The translations under genes and the position numbers were made by a program. The notes below the pieces were generated by a model, which was not told the DNA's origin, ran no database searches, and was given only the letters and a program-made list of their open reading frames with translations. From the NCBI GenBank assembly GCA_965249555.1, contig OZ252243.1:2166440-2230439 (forward strand): a stretch of 64,000 nt of DNA. Reading direction: 5' to 3'. Shown one piece after another: positions 1-12,379 of the stretch. Each line of letters opens with the position of its first letter. Within the stretch, counting starts at the first letter, position 1. Source of the DNA: Nitrosopumilus sp. (lineage in GTDB: Archaea > Thermoproteota > Nitrososphaeria > Nitrososphaerales > Nitrosopumilaceae).

Positions 1-376
1 TCATCAAAAGGAATGGAAAATTTTGAATAAAAAGGGAGATTAACTTGGAATGATTTTTCGAGAATCATGTCAGGGGATTATTACAAAATTGTAAGATCAG
101 ACATCAGATTCATTTATCATAACTTTCAAGTTTTCAGATGACAAATTCATTATTTTTTTCAATGAAAACAGCCATGGGGTTGATTTTATTGTGTTTTGTT
201 TCCGTCTTTTTCCAACATCTTACATAGTTCTTTGTCCTGCTTTGCCTTATCTTTGATTGAATCAAGATATTTTGTTTTTAATCAAGCCCAACACGTTATA
301 CTCTCTTCTTCACATTCTGCATCAGATAATTTTAATCCCAAATCATGATTCCAAAATATAACAGCATTGTTTGTTG

Positions 377-436
377 GGGATTGGTAACTTAACGGGAGCT
401 GTTTTCTCGTGGAAAGTGTCGGGAACTGACGTTTTG
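377..436. repeat. ~60-bp dispersed repeat (second copy ~4799-4858), probable IS/MITE end
   Basis: GGGATTGGTAACTTAACGGGAGCTGTTTTCTCGTGGAAAGTGTCGGGA.CTGACGTTTTG occurs here and at ~4799. Confidence 0.6.
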
Positions 437-554
437 TATGGCTTTAACATTATCGAGAGATAATATGGATCTTCTCTCCCATACGAAATCATCTCCAATT
501 ACTGCAGACACAGTGTACTTTGTACAATCAGGATATCTTTGATCTGTTTCTTTT

Positions 555-815
555 ACTTGTGTCAGTTCATGATTTTGTGTATAATACACTTTCAGAGTTA
601 GCATGTGCCCGGATTGTTGCAAGCATCCGGTCTTGCAGCTGCCACCTTTGTTTTCTTCTCTTTGCAATTCTGAAATAGAATGATTCCATTCTTTCATCAA
701 ATCGTACCATAGTATTTGCAGAGGATTTCGTATGGGGCATATATGAGATGTCCTGATTCAGCAAAGCACGCTAGGAAGTGTCCTCAGTAGGGTTGGAGAC
801 GATTTCGTATGGGAG
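555..815. mobile_element. IS110-family element A, rearranged 3' remnant (inverted transposase tail followed by right end)
   Basis: Minus-strand fragment matches the C-terminus of the 41330..42205 transposase; the plus-strand right end ...GATTTCGTATGGGAG matches 42335-42348. Confidence 0.8.
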
Positions 816-947
816 AACCGATAATCACTATACTTTTAAAATAGTATTAGATCTGGACTCTTAATGATAAATAACAAAGGAATAATGACTTCAATAGTAG
901 TATTGTTGTTGATACCATTTATGGCAACAACAACATAGCAGACGAAC

Positions 948-1709
948 TTGGACTTCGCTAAAACATCAACAGTATCCCTTTTCTTTTTTTTATTACTTTT
1001 TGTACCTTATGAAGCAGACGCAGAAAATTGTGAGAATATAGTTTTACATAAATTATCTGTACCAAAAACAGTATGTGTAAGTAAAACTACCGCAGAAAAA
1101 CTAGTCGATAGAGGTTGGGGCGTAACTGATTTAGAATTTAATATGCGTATTATTGATGTTGTTGATAAGATAAACAGTTGTACCATACTTTTTGGACTTT
1201 ATGACGGCTATATGAAATTGAGTGGCTGGTATACATTAAAAGAAATGAAAGATTGTCTCGGAATTGACATTCCAATAAAGTATGAGCAAATCCAAGATGA
1301 ATTCATAACTATTACTAGTATAGGTTTTGCATATGATCCTGGTTTTAGTCTTTTACTGGTATTTGATAAAAATTGTACACCAGATGTATTCTCCACAAAT
1401 GTAACTGCGCTTAGTTTAAACTCTACTGAAACAATCTGTTATGATTCGGCTGTTGATTATGGAAGTAACAGATCATCAGGTTGGGTGGCATCTTATAATA
1501 TTGAAAAACCTATAATGGATTACATTGCAAAGTCAGAAAATAAATGTGATTTTCTAGATCTTCCAATCTTTGAATTATTTGATGGCAAGTATGATGACTT
1601 GTTATTAGCAATATGGGATAATGATACTCCACAACGATATGTTTTTCTTGAGTGTATTGGAGATAAACTTGATACCAATATATTTTCTGATATGTACAAC
1701 ACGTCCTAA
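948..1709 (+). CDS. secreted hypothetical protein; stop codon supplied by the IS5 end
   Basis: Signal peptide; CVSKTTAEKLVDRGW motif resembles the N-terminal module of 3310..4794 and 29357..30433. Confidence 0.7.
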   Translation: MDFAKTSTVSLFFFLLLFVPYEADAENCENIVLHKLSVPKTVCVSKTTAEKLVDRGWGVTDLEFNMRIIDVVDKINSCTILFGLYDGYMKLSGWYTLKEMKDCLGIDIPIKYEQIQDEFITITSIGFAYDPGFSLLLVFDKNCTPDVFSTNVTALSLNSTETICYDSAVDYGSNRSSGWVASYNIEKPIMDYIAKSENKCDFLDLPIFELFDGKYDDLLLAIWDNDTPQRYVFLECIGDKLDTNIFSDMYNTS

Positions 1710-2569
1710 AACTGATCATTTTGCGGATATCTGATGATAATATGAAACCAACAATAACAACCCAGACATGTATTCATGATTCACAAAGAAATATCAGACG
1801 CTCAATGGAGCACAGTTGCATCACATCTGCCAAAACCGGCAAGAACCGAAATACTAAGGAACAATGACAGGACAGTAATCAACGGAATATTATATGTGTT
1901 GACTACTGGTTGCAGGTGGGCAGACATACCAAAGAGATACTGCTCAAAATCCACCGCGCATCTGCGATTCCAGGAATTTCAAAAGAGAGGCATTTGGAAA
2001 AAGATCCTATCCAAGCTAGCCAAATCCGCACACAGACAAGGAAAGATCAAGCTGCAAAAGATTTCAATTGACTCGTTATCAATTGCTGCAAAAAAAGCGA
2101 TTTAGTGGAATATGACGGATTCAAAAGGATTTTAGGCACAAAATTGCATGTCGCAGTGGAGAAGACAGGACTGCCGGTTTCAATTCTGTGCAGTCCTGCA
2201 AATGTCCATGACAGTACCAAGTTCATCGATGTGCTAGAAAACATCTCAGATTTTCTTGATGATGATGCACTCGCAAAGACCGTATCGGCATATGCAGACA
2301 AGGGCTATGATGCTGCATACATCAGGGATTATCTCAAGTGCCATGGAATTGGCTGCAGCATTCCCTACAAAAAAATTCTAAATCCATCACCCCGAAAAAT
2401 CGTAAAAACAATTACAACAAGACAAGGTATGTCGTGGAGAGGTTCTTTGCATGGCTCAAGTGCGGGTTTAGAAGAACTACAATCAGATACGAAAGGAATT
2501 GCGAGAACTATCTCGGACTCGTGTATCTGGCATCAATTATTATGTATTGGAGGGTTATAGGATGAGTTG
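1697..2569 (+). mobile_element. IS5-family (IS427-like) element, frameshifted transposase (ORFs 1776..2105, 2105..2560, 2338..2565)
   Basis: Imperfect TIRs CAACACGTCCTA / TAGGATGAGTTG; motifs GILYVLTTGCRW, GTKLH, ADKGYD, RYVVERFFAWL; A7G run at the ORF junction; near-identical copy at 60791. Confidence 0.9.
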
Positions 2570-2865
2570 TGGATATTATGATGTTGCAAAACACATGTTC
2601 ATATCTGACCCTATGGATAAATTTGGAAATAAAATCAAAGATGTTCTAACGGTTCAATCAAAAGAGGTTTTGCAGGATTTGGTTGTTTGATTATTTTAAA
2701 ATAGGTTCTAAATCTTCTTTAGTTGTTTCGTAATCTTTATCAACAAAATCAACAGAACCTTTAGGTTCAATCATATATGCCAAAGGATTTTCATCACAAT
2801 CATAAATATCCTTAATACTATCTTCAGTCATATCAACATTATGAGATCTTTTATTGTTTAAATTT

Positions 2866-3310
2866 GGTGATTAGGTACCTACTGCCCCTAACATATTTCT
2901 CAACAATAAATCAAACAAATTGCAATCCCTATTATTGTATCTCCATTCCATCTCCTTGAGGTACAGTAAAAATTTGCCTGGACTCACCCATGATGCTTTG
3001 CCATGTTCTCTTTGGCAAAACTCCAAAAGCCTTCAATTCCATTAATGTAAACATCCCCTTTGCCAAACATCTTGTTGTGATCTACTGAGAGATGCTTGTA
3101 TCCATTGAACACAAGCGAGTCATATCCCTTCCACTTGTCAGTGTACATGATGCTTCCTTTTTTCACTTTTCTAATTGTACTTTTCAGAAGGGTTTTAGCT
3201 TTTACATTATTTACTATCTCAACGTGAACCCTTCCATTTCTCTCTAAAATGCCAAACACAATGGTCTCTGATGCAGTCTTGGCAGATACGGATAGCTCAA
3301 AGAGCTTGAT
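2866..3310 (-). mobile_element. IS1595-family partial element with internal deletion
   Basis: End GGTGATTAGGTACCTACTGCCCCTAA; ORF motifs YTDKWKGY, HLSVDH, NGIEGFWS. Confidence 0.85.
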
Positions 3311-4794
3311 CAGTGAGTTGCAGTATGAATTCTTCCCTCCATATCATAAAGACAAATTTCTACACCACTTAGCCAATCAATATTGCCATCTATATCTTCA
3401 TATTTCAAATTACCAAAAATAAGGGAATCCCCACCAGTCCCATAGGCTAGTGAAAGAGACCAGTATAGCGGTGGAAAAAACGATTGAGTTCTCAATCTGT
3501 CCTCAAATTTATCCAGAAATTTCTGAATGAATTCATCATCCAGTCCCATATCTCTCATGGATACTTCTACGCTTTGATCAGGGTAGCTTGACTGAAGAAA
3601 TTCCAAAAGATCTTCCCATTGTCTATCTGAAATATAGTCTGAGTCTTGGTATGGCTCTTCTACTATGAGATATGAATGCTGCTCAAAGAATCCTTCCTTG
3701 TATGGAGATGTTCCAGCAAATCCAGGATATGCTTCAAAGAATCCTGTTATATAATCCTCATCAAGGATAGATTGTCTACTTAACCATCCTTCATAATTAT
3801 CAGGTACCTCAGGATATGAATCTATAAGATATTTTGCAAGAGCATCATATGTCGGAGGACTGTAAGAATCTTCATTATGTACAATCATTAATTCATGATA
3901 TTGCCCAAGTTGGCTTGGACCTTCACCAATCATGTATACTGGATCTTCACTAAGATGTACTATATTATCAGGTGCAATATAGTAGTAAATTCTTTCATCA
4001 GATGATGGTATATAGGTAACATATATCTCACCATAATTGTAATCAACATTTGGTTGATTAATTACAAATGAGAATATTTCTTGTTGTGGAGAAGTGTTAT
4101 CATACATTGGTTGAACACTTCCTGTTTCAAATGTTCTAGGGAAATGAGTCGTATCAGTACCTACGCCATCAGATATGTAATCAGGTCTGTTTAAAAGTTT
4201 TACATACGTAGGATGATGAATGAAAATACTATATTCACCACATCTCTCTACTGGACATTCAAATTCTGAATCTTCATAATCTTCAAAATCTACACCAAAT
4301 TCATCATCACCATCTGATGGTACAATAAAACTATAATCTAAGACAACATTAAAAGACTCTCCTACTCTCACTTCTTCTGGAAAAGTCAAAGTATATTGTG
4401 GCCAAAAAGGTTCATATGATCCAAGTTCACCTGTACCGATTTCTTTTCCAATATTAGTCATAGATATTTTTTTGTCACTTGATGAGATTTCTGAATTTAC
4501 TATTTTAGATGGAGTCAATTGAAAATCTGATTGAATAATTTCCCAACCATAAGATTCTAATTTCTTTGCTGTATTTTCATTTACACAAGCTGGAGTATTT
4601 CGTGGCGATTCCATTAAAATTTTCGAACCATTACATTGAATTTCATTAATTGGTATTCTCGAACTGAATTGTTGTAGTGGTGATAAAGTTTCTGATTCTG
4701 CAAGTGCAGGCATTGCACTTAATCCGATAGCAATGACTGCAAGCAGTATTGATGTTGTTATATTATTCAATAATTTATAATAGTATAGAAGCAT
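3310..4794 (-). CDS. secreted acidic protein with thaumarchaeal SPLxQ...PACV N-terminal module; C-terminus cut by IS1595
   Basis: Signal peptide; first ~75 aa nearly identical to 29357..30433; ORF ends at the IS junction. Confidence 0.75.
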   Translation of the reverse strand: MLLYYYKLLNNITTSILLAVIAIGLSAMPALAESETLSPLQQFSSRIPINEIQCNGSKILMESPRNTPACVNENTAKKLESYGWEIIQSDFQLTPSKIVNSEISSSDKKISMTNIGKEIGTGELGSYEPFWPQYTLTFPEEVRVGESFNVVLDYSFIVPSDGDDEFGVDFEDYEDSEFECPVERCGEYSIFIHHPTYVKLLNRPDYISDGVGTDTTHFPRTFETGSVQPMYDNTSPQQEIFSFVINQPNVDYNYGEIYVTYIPSSDERIYYYIAPDNIVHLSEDPVYMIGEGPSQLGQYHELMIVHNEDSYSPPTYDALAKYLIDSYPEVPDNYEGWLSRQSILDEDYITGFFEAYPGFAGTSPYKEGFFEQHSYLIVEEPYQDSDYISDRQWEDLLEFLQSSYPDQSVEVSMRDMGLDDEFIQKFLDKFEDRLRTQSFFPPLYWSLSLAYGTGGDSLIFGNLKYEDIDGNIDWLSGVEICLYDMEGRIHTATH

Positions 4795-5164
4795 ATTAGG
4801 GATTGGTAACTTAACGGGAGCTGTTTTCTCGTGGAAAGTGTCGGGAGCTGACGTTTTGAATCAGGGGTCTATTATAGTGACATAGACATGAAATCACAAT
4901 CTTATTCAGATTCAAAAATTAAAATGGAATAAAAAGAATCAAAAGACGGTTCAGAGCAAAGCCTAATCATCACGATTGGCTTCAGACTAACGCTTTCTTT
5001 ATTCCGGGATGGGAAAATAGGCTAATCTATCATGTCCCGAATCAAACACTTTTGGAAAATACCCATAATATCGAAATTGGGATTTTCCATGTCCCTAATC
5101 AAACAGCAGGTGGAAGTGTCCCAAAGTTTGAACAGTACCATATTCTACCACTCGCAGATTACAC

Positions 5165-5640
5165 AGACGTTATACGAAATCTTTTTCATATCTTGTGATG
5201 TATACCTACTGTTGGGCCTGAGAGTTGAATGAATACTGCCATGTACAAGGACGTTACACAGACTAACTCAAAGTGAGCGGAAAACAAAATACCACATAGA
5301 TGGCAAATGGGAGCATTCCGCTAGATCAGGCAATTTGATCAAAAAGGAGGTGATGGTATGATCAGCATAGGAATTGATGTTCACAAAATAAAATGTGTTG
5401 CAACAAAATAGGAATCCAGAAAGAAGCTAGAGCAGACAAGCTTTGATAATACCACAAATGGAATAATGGGTTTTATCAAACATATCAAAAAGACATATGG
5501 CAATGACATACAGGCAGTGTGCGAATCAACTGCAAACTATTGGATCAGACTACATGACACACTAGAGGACCATGGAATTGATACAATTCTTGCACATCCT
5601 GCAAAGACCAAGATAATTGCACAGGCAAAGCTAAAAAACA
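5165..5640 (+). mobile_element. IS110/IS1111-family element A, 5' part (left end, non-coding guide region, truncated transposase)
   Basis: Left end AG-ACGTTATACGAAATC; MISIGIDVHK start at 5358; near-identical to the 41029 copy. Confidence 0.9.
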
Positions 5641-5656
5641 TACCATAAATGGAAAA

Positions 5657-5875
5657 CTAGCGTGACTGAATTTCAGGTTTTGATTTTATTATTGCATTTA
5701 TTGCTTCCTCTGGCATTGACTGAGAAAACAATACCTCAAATCCAACTGCTCTGCCATTTTCATCTATATCCAAAAACCTGTCTTTACCAAGAGGGATAGT
5801 CTTTGATACTTTGGAATCCTCAGATATGCAAAAATAGGCTACTTTTGTCTGATTATCATATCTTACTAAAGCCAA
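5657..5875 (-). CDS. DUF2283-like protein (putative antitoxin)
   Basis: YD...AY...LDIDENGRAVGFEV pattern; overlaps downstream of the DUF4258-like gene. Confidence 0.75.
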   Translation of the reverse strand: MALVRYDNQTKVAYFCISEDSKVSKTIPLGKDRFLDIDENGRAVGFEVLFSQSMPEEAINAIIKSKPEIQSR

Positions 5876-6131
5876 TTGCTCTCAAGCCTCCTTTGTCAGT
5901 GTACATGGAAGTAATAACTACCATCTTTGTATTAAACTTGTTATATATCACAACCAAATATGCCTGTCCATTAACTACTGGCTCATCTACGTTTGCAAAA
6001 CTCTTGTAGTTTTGCCTATCTGAATCATAAATGGTTTCAGTGGGGCTGTTTATGATTTTTTGAATCAAATCCTTTGTGATGCCTCTTTCAATCATCCGTT
6101 TTAATGCATGATCACTAAATATAATTCTCAA
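5856..6131 (-). CDS. DUF4258-like protein (putative RelE/BrnT-fold toxin)
   Basis: FSDHALKRMIERGI N-terminal motif and terminal VVIT; paired with the DUF2283-like gene. Confidence 0.75.
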   Translation of the reverse strand: MRIIFSDHALKRMIERGITKDLIQKIINSPTETIYDSDRQNYKSFANVDEPVVNGQAYLVVIYNKFNTKMVVITSMYTDKGGLRAIGFSKI

Positions 6132-6292
6132 TGATTATTCTTAATTCTAGTTGCAAATAAAACTTGAGACAATCCTAGATACCATATGTTTTTTGTTTCC
6201 AAAATATAGCACCTGATGTGACTTTCATGATGGTTTACCAATAATAAATCTAAGATTGGACTTTCAATTATTTTCTTTCCAAGTTACCAACA

Positions 6293-7136
6293 ACCTACTG
6301 CCCCTAACATATACTTTAACAATAAATCAAACAAATTACCATCCCTGTTGTATCTCCATTCCATCTCTCTTGAGGTATGGTAAAAATTTGCCTGGACTCA
6401 CTCCATGATGCTTGGGCATGTTCTCTTTGGCAAAACTCCAAAAGCCTTCAATTCCGTTAATGTACACATCCCCTTTGCCAAACATCCTGCTGTGATCTAT
6501 TGAGGATGTTTGTATCCATTGAACACAAGCGAGTCATATCCCTTCCATTTCTCAGTGTACACAATGCTTCCTTTTCTGACCTTCTTGATGGTACTTGCAA
6601 GTAATGTTTTTGCTTTGACGTTATTTACAATCTCAACGTAAACCCTGCCGTTTCTCTCAAATTCCAAACACAATGGTCTTGTTTTTGGCACCACGTCCAC
6701 GATTTTCCTTTTCCTCCAGAATATGCCTAGTCAGTATTAATCTGGCCACGTAGGAACCTTGTTGGTATCTGCCACTTCTCAAGTATGGAATATCTGGCTG
6801 TATCAAGAGATGTATTGTGATTTGTGCATCTGTTCTGCAGTCTTTGCATGCACGGACTAGTGATTAGTGGGAACCATTTGGAATTCCAATTAATGGGAAT
6901 TCGGATCTGGAATATGGTTTGAGATCTTTCTGGCATTTTGTGCATCTTTGTTCCTGCCTTTGGTACAGAAAGTTTTATTTTTGCAAAAAGTACGAAAAGG
7001 ATTCTTGACGTATCTTGATTCCAGGAATTGTATTAATAATTCATCAGGGATTGTTTTTGCAAATGATGCAAAGTCAGTCCATTGTTTTTGTGAAATATTC
7101 CATAATAATCTTAGGGGTAGTAGATACCCAATCACC
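6293..7136 (-). mobile_element. IS1595-family degenerate element
   Basis: Ends ACCTACTGCCCCTAA and TTAGGGGTAGTAGATACCCAATCACC; multiply frameshifted transposase homologous to 18859..19761. Confidence 0.85.
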
Positions 7137-7170
7137 TAATTACATATGATTCTCAAATATGTGACGGAAC

Positions 7171-10100
7171 CTAGTCATTCCAGCTAAGATCAGAGTCATC
7201 ATATATCATACAGTCACACAGCATCTCCTGGGCCAGCATCTCCTGTATGGATAGTGATTCCAGCAATGCAGGATCTGATACCCTGTCCAGCCTTAATGGC
7301 ATATCATATGAGAATGATTCATCCAAGGTTCCCTGAATTGCCTTACTATCAAAGATTAGGGTTGCCCTGTCCTGCTCATCAATTACCAGATTTGCAAAGT
7401 TTGAATGAATTCTAGTCATTACGCTTGTTGGCAGATCATCTCTTTGTTGCATATCAGGTCTTGTAATCTGCAACCAGGTGCCATAGTCATTTTGTGACCA
7501 TATGTATCCATATTGGTCCTCCCAGACCTGGTAACGTCTGTCTTGCTGGGTCAGTGATATGGTCTCAAACGGATTCTGGTTGCCATGCTTTTGTTTTAAC
7601 TCATGAGTTGCTGCTGCAAGTAATGCTTCACCTGTAAACTCTACACCTTCGTTGATATATGTGGTAGTAGAGTAACGTTGTTTGTCAACTGCATTAATTG
7701 CCAATACTTCATGGGATAATGGTGCCATTATTACAAATGATATGGTAACATCAAAGCACCTCTCTGCAGTATCTGATGATATGCATTTGACTTTGTCAAT
7801 GGATGCACCAGTCATCTTCTCATTTACCAGTCCCTCTTTTTGCTCATGGACTATATCTGCAATGTCATAGCCTGCAGGACTGGTATAGTTGCTATTTACA
7901 TTTACTATAATGTGGGACTCTGCATTAGTTTTCAGGCCAATTTCTGGAACTCCAAGGGATAGGGATACCGACTTTAGGCCATTTGTTGCATAGCCTTTGA
8001 TGTGGACTGTATTGTCATCACCAATAATGCTGCTAGTCAGATCAAAGTCAGTGTGCCAGTTGTTTGTAATGGTTAATGGCATGCCATTAAAGACAAAGCC
8101 GTCATCAACTAGCTGTACTGCCTGATTATTCCAATGTTTGCCAAAGGTTGGCTTTGTTTTCCATTCATTAGAATCTCCACCTTTTTTCTTTGGTGTGTCA
8201 GAAGGTATACTAGCGATGTCACCAGCTCCACTATCGTTGTCATCAGGATTTTGAGCAGTTACTGTAACTGTTCTAGTTACTGTAACTGCAGAGTTTCCAG
8301 CCGCATCATCTACATCAAAGGTAACAGTGTAAGTATTAGCTACATTGGGATCAACTGTATCTACAACAACTACACCACTTGTGATATCCCCATCAGTGTT
8401 ATCAGTTGCAGCAAAGGTGAATGCTGTGTATGTTTCTCCAAGTTCAATGGAGAATGATTCCTCATTGACTGTGATAGATGGTGCTGTGGTATCAAATGCT
8501 TCAGGTACAGGTTCACATATTTTATTATCTACACCAACACCCTTTACACAAACTTCATTAGCATCGTTTAGATCGATGATATTAGTATCAGTGATATGAA
8601 ATTCATTTGATACTACAGTTGGAGTGAAAGTATCAGAATCACTACTACCGTCACTAATAGTAATAACATATTCATTGGAGATATTAGTTTCTATATTACT
8701 CCAGGATACTGTAACGGAATTATCAGCATTTCTTACAGCATCTACAGTTGGTGTTGCAGCTGTAGTTGCAGTAACCTCGTTAGAAGAAGCACTTGGTCCA
8801 ACGGAATTTGTAGCTATAATGGTATACTTGTACTCTGTGTCTGCAGTCAGACCAGTATCAGTGGCAGCCAGTTCGGTGGTTTCTGATAGCACCGTTTCAG
8901 CAGGATTGTTTCCAAGGGTTCTGCTCAGGGTGTAGCTGTCGGCATTATCCACTGCAACCCATGAAAGTGATATAGTTGTATCAGTGGTAGAGTCTACGAC
9001 AAGTGCAGGAGTTGCAGGAGCTACTGGGGTATCAAGTGTAATGACTACAGGTAATGATGCAGTAGATATGTTTGGTCCATCAGATGCTCTTACAGTGAAT
9101 GAGTTGGGACCTTCAGACAGTGCAACTGCTGCAAATGAGAAAGCACCTGTTCCATCGGCAGTTGTCGTACCAGCTGGTGTTGCTCCATTGAATAGTGTTA
9201 TAGTTGTCCCGGCCTCAGCCGTACCATCAATTGTGATTGATGATGTATTGACAGTTGCAGATGGCGTGGTAATTGTAGGAACTGGTGGTGGTGTGGTATC
9301 AACAGGTGGTACTTCTTCAGACGTTATATTATTATTATCTACAGCACCACCAACGGGATTACCCTCAGAAAAACCAAATACACCAATTTCCTCAGCACTA
9401 TTTGCTTTGTTAAAAAATGAATCATCTTTGGTAATATCATGTGGACTAGTGACAAGGTCATCAATTAACTCAGGATCCTCACCTTCGTTAATTGCATAAA
9501 TATTATAATCGGTACCAGGTATATTGCCCCAAGTTACTGTGATGGTATCAGTATCAGGTCTTGTAACTGTTACAAATGGTTCAGTTGGTGCAGCAGGTGG
9601 AGTTGGTGCTGCAAGTGTAGTTACAGACACGACATTAGAGGCGGCACTGTCTCCAGCTATAGACACTGCCCTTATGGAATAAGTATAAGTTGTTTCAGGT
9701 TCCAAGGTATCATCAGTGTATGATATCCCAGTCCCAGCGACGGGTATCTCAGTTGGTCCTGTGCCACCTGTTCTGCTCAGCGTATAACCAGTTGCACTAG
9801 TCTGCGCATCCCATGAGAGAACTACACTGTTATGAGTAGGGATTGCTGCAGTAAGTGCTGGGGTGCCAGGTACAGTCGATATGGATTCCCTTGCATATTC
9901 ATGTCCACCAAATGAGATGACAACATCACCAATAAAGCCATGACCAGTTAGTAGTGCAATAAATGGGGTGAGACTACCTACCTCATTAGTAATAATAAGC
10001 CAGTCCACGCTCGGAGCACCTACTGCTTGAATCACAAATGTGCCTGCTCTTAATGGTACAAAGGATACAGTTACATCTCCATCATCACGTGCAGTAGCGA

Positions 10101-12073
10101 TAAATGTGCCTGCCTTGATTGCCAGAGTCCTTGCAGACTGGCTTGCAACATCCTTACTGTCAAATGAGAGGGTTACATCACCATCAAATTCAAAGCCGAC
10201 TGTTATTGTTTCCTCTTTTTCTACTGAATCTGATACATCCTCAGCTGAGACAACAACTGTATCACTTGACTCACTAGATGTAATCGTGAATGTGCCTTCC
10301 TTTAAGGCTGTAAATTTCACAAGTAATGTGTCTGCAGCTGCCGGATTAGTAATCACGAAAGAGTCTGCCTTGATTGCCGGCGTTTCAACTGGTGCTGCAG
10401 TTGTAGATGCTGCAAACTCTGCAGAAGGAGTACTTGTCCCGGCAGCATTTGTTGCCACAATGACATACTTGTAATTAGTTGAAGGAGTCAGGTTCCTATC
10501 TGTGGCAGACAATATATCGCCTGATTCCACCACTACATTAGCACCGCCATCAACAATTCTGGTTAAAGTGTAAGTTTCGGCATTCTCCACTGCACCCCAT
10601 GCGAGCTCTATGGTATTATGAGTATTAGATGCAATACCAAGTGCGGGAGTAGCAGGTGGAGGTGGTGCAGGTCCAGTCGTTACATGTGCCCTTGCAACTT
10701 CAACTATATCAGATACTCTTTCTCTAAAGGAAATGATGACATTTTCATCAAAACCATAACCTATCGTTATTGTGGGTACAGATTTACGTGCATCTGTCTC
10801 ACTACCACTAACAGATACAGTTACAGTTGCAATACGGGGATTATCATAATCAATAAAATATGTACCGGCTTTTAGCGGTACAAAAGATATATCTATTTGA
10901 TCGTCTCTGGAAGCATTCTTTTCAATAATAATAGTGGTGGCAAGGATTGCCGTCTGACTACCTGTATAAGTTGGTGTTGCGGCACTAAAAGAGGCCGGTG
11001 CAGATGTGGTAGATACTTTAAAAAAAGCAGAGTCTGCTGTCTGGCCTACACTATTGCGTGCTATGACACGAAAAGTGTACTCTGTATCAGGAGTTAAACC
11101 ATAATCAAGGAATGATGTATCAGCAGTAGTTCCTCGGTTCAAGCCGTCTCTATACACTGTGTATGATGAGGCACCATCCACCACACCCCATGTAATCTCA
11201 ATGTTTGTCGAAAAGATCTCTCCTTGTACAATTATAGGAGGTTGAAGTTCAGTAGATATATCCAGCGTATTAGACGGACCACTTTCCTGGCTATCAGAAT
11301 TAAGTGATGTGACATGATAAGTGTAGGTTCCTGGAGTCAGAGCAGTTTCAGTGTATGATGTATCGCTGGTAGTTGTTATGAGGGCATCACCTCTATACAG
11401 CCTGTATTGCTCGGCACCGTCTTCACGAGTCCATGTAACCTCAATGCTTGTTTCAGTGGTGCTTCCTTTGCTAATTGTAGGCGGTTCAGGTGCAGTTCTT
11501 ACGGTTTTAGTGTCAAGTCTACTATCACCAAAAGAGAGTGTGACTGCACCATCATAATAATACCCGATTGATACTATAGTACTTGAGACACTTGTATCGC
11601 CAGGTGCAATGGTGACAGTTTTCTCACCTCCAATATAACCGATTATAAAATCGCCGGATACCAGTGGCTTGAATGTTACAGTCACTGTATCAAGATTAGG
11701 TATGACATCAAAAGAGCCTGCCTCAATTGGAGCGGCTCCGGTTGTAGATACATCAATACTATCAGACATCTGAGTGCCAAGAAGAAAGTGATGTCTTGTG
11801 ACATGATATGTGTAATCTGTTCCAGAAGGCAGTCCATCATCAGTGTATGTGGTATCAGAAGTAGTGCCTATGCTAATATCATCTCGATAAACATTATAAT
11901 CACTACTACCAAGTAATTCATCCCATTCAATCGTAATGGATGTTGCAGTGGGTTCCCCTACTATTCTAATGTCACTGGGACTGGCACTTTGAGCCTCTGC
12001 ACTTGCAAGAAGTGATATGGCAAACAGGACAACCCCCCCCCCCCACTAACGCATTAAATAACATTTTATTCAT
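7171..12073 (-). CDS. large fibronectin type III / Ig-like repeat surface protein (~1630 aa), out of frame at a G12 tract in the signal peptide
   Basis: Repeated Fn3 motifs (W...Y.LYR, LTP.TxYTY.V.A.N). The reading frame extends upstream of 11769 to the poly-C tract at 12033-12044; ATG at 12073 gives MNKMLFNALVGGG-VVLFAISLLASAEAQ if the tract is 11 nt. Confidence 0.85.
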
Positions 12074-12379
12074 ATTGTATCAGAAATAATTTGTGGTTAT
12101 AAAAGGTTTACAGGTTGATTTTTTAAGCTTGTAATTTGACAATCGTGAGTAATTTGGGCATATGCTCAGATATGGAGATGTGTAAAGTTTTGTAAAATGA
12201 GATTCAGGGGATCTCATTTTGATCGTATTTTTCACAGTGGAATGCCAATGCCTAAAAATGGTGATTGGGCATCATACCCCCATACACTTGCAATGGATCA
12301 AACGAATTAGTTTCTGTATTCCACCTTCGGCGTATGGTAAAAATTTGCCCGGGCTCACTCCATGATGCTTGGGCCTGGC

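Noticed and set aside
7682-11557. Plus-strand ORFs opposite the Fn3 gene (also 25229..26083 and those opposite IS66 and pilus genes)
   Set aside because: Antisense shadows of long real genes with no recognisable motifs.
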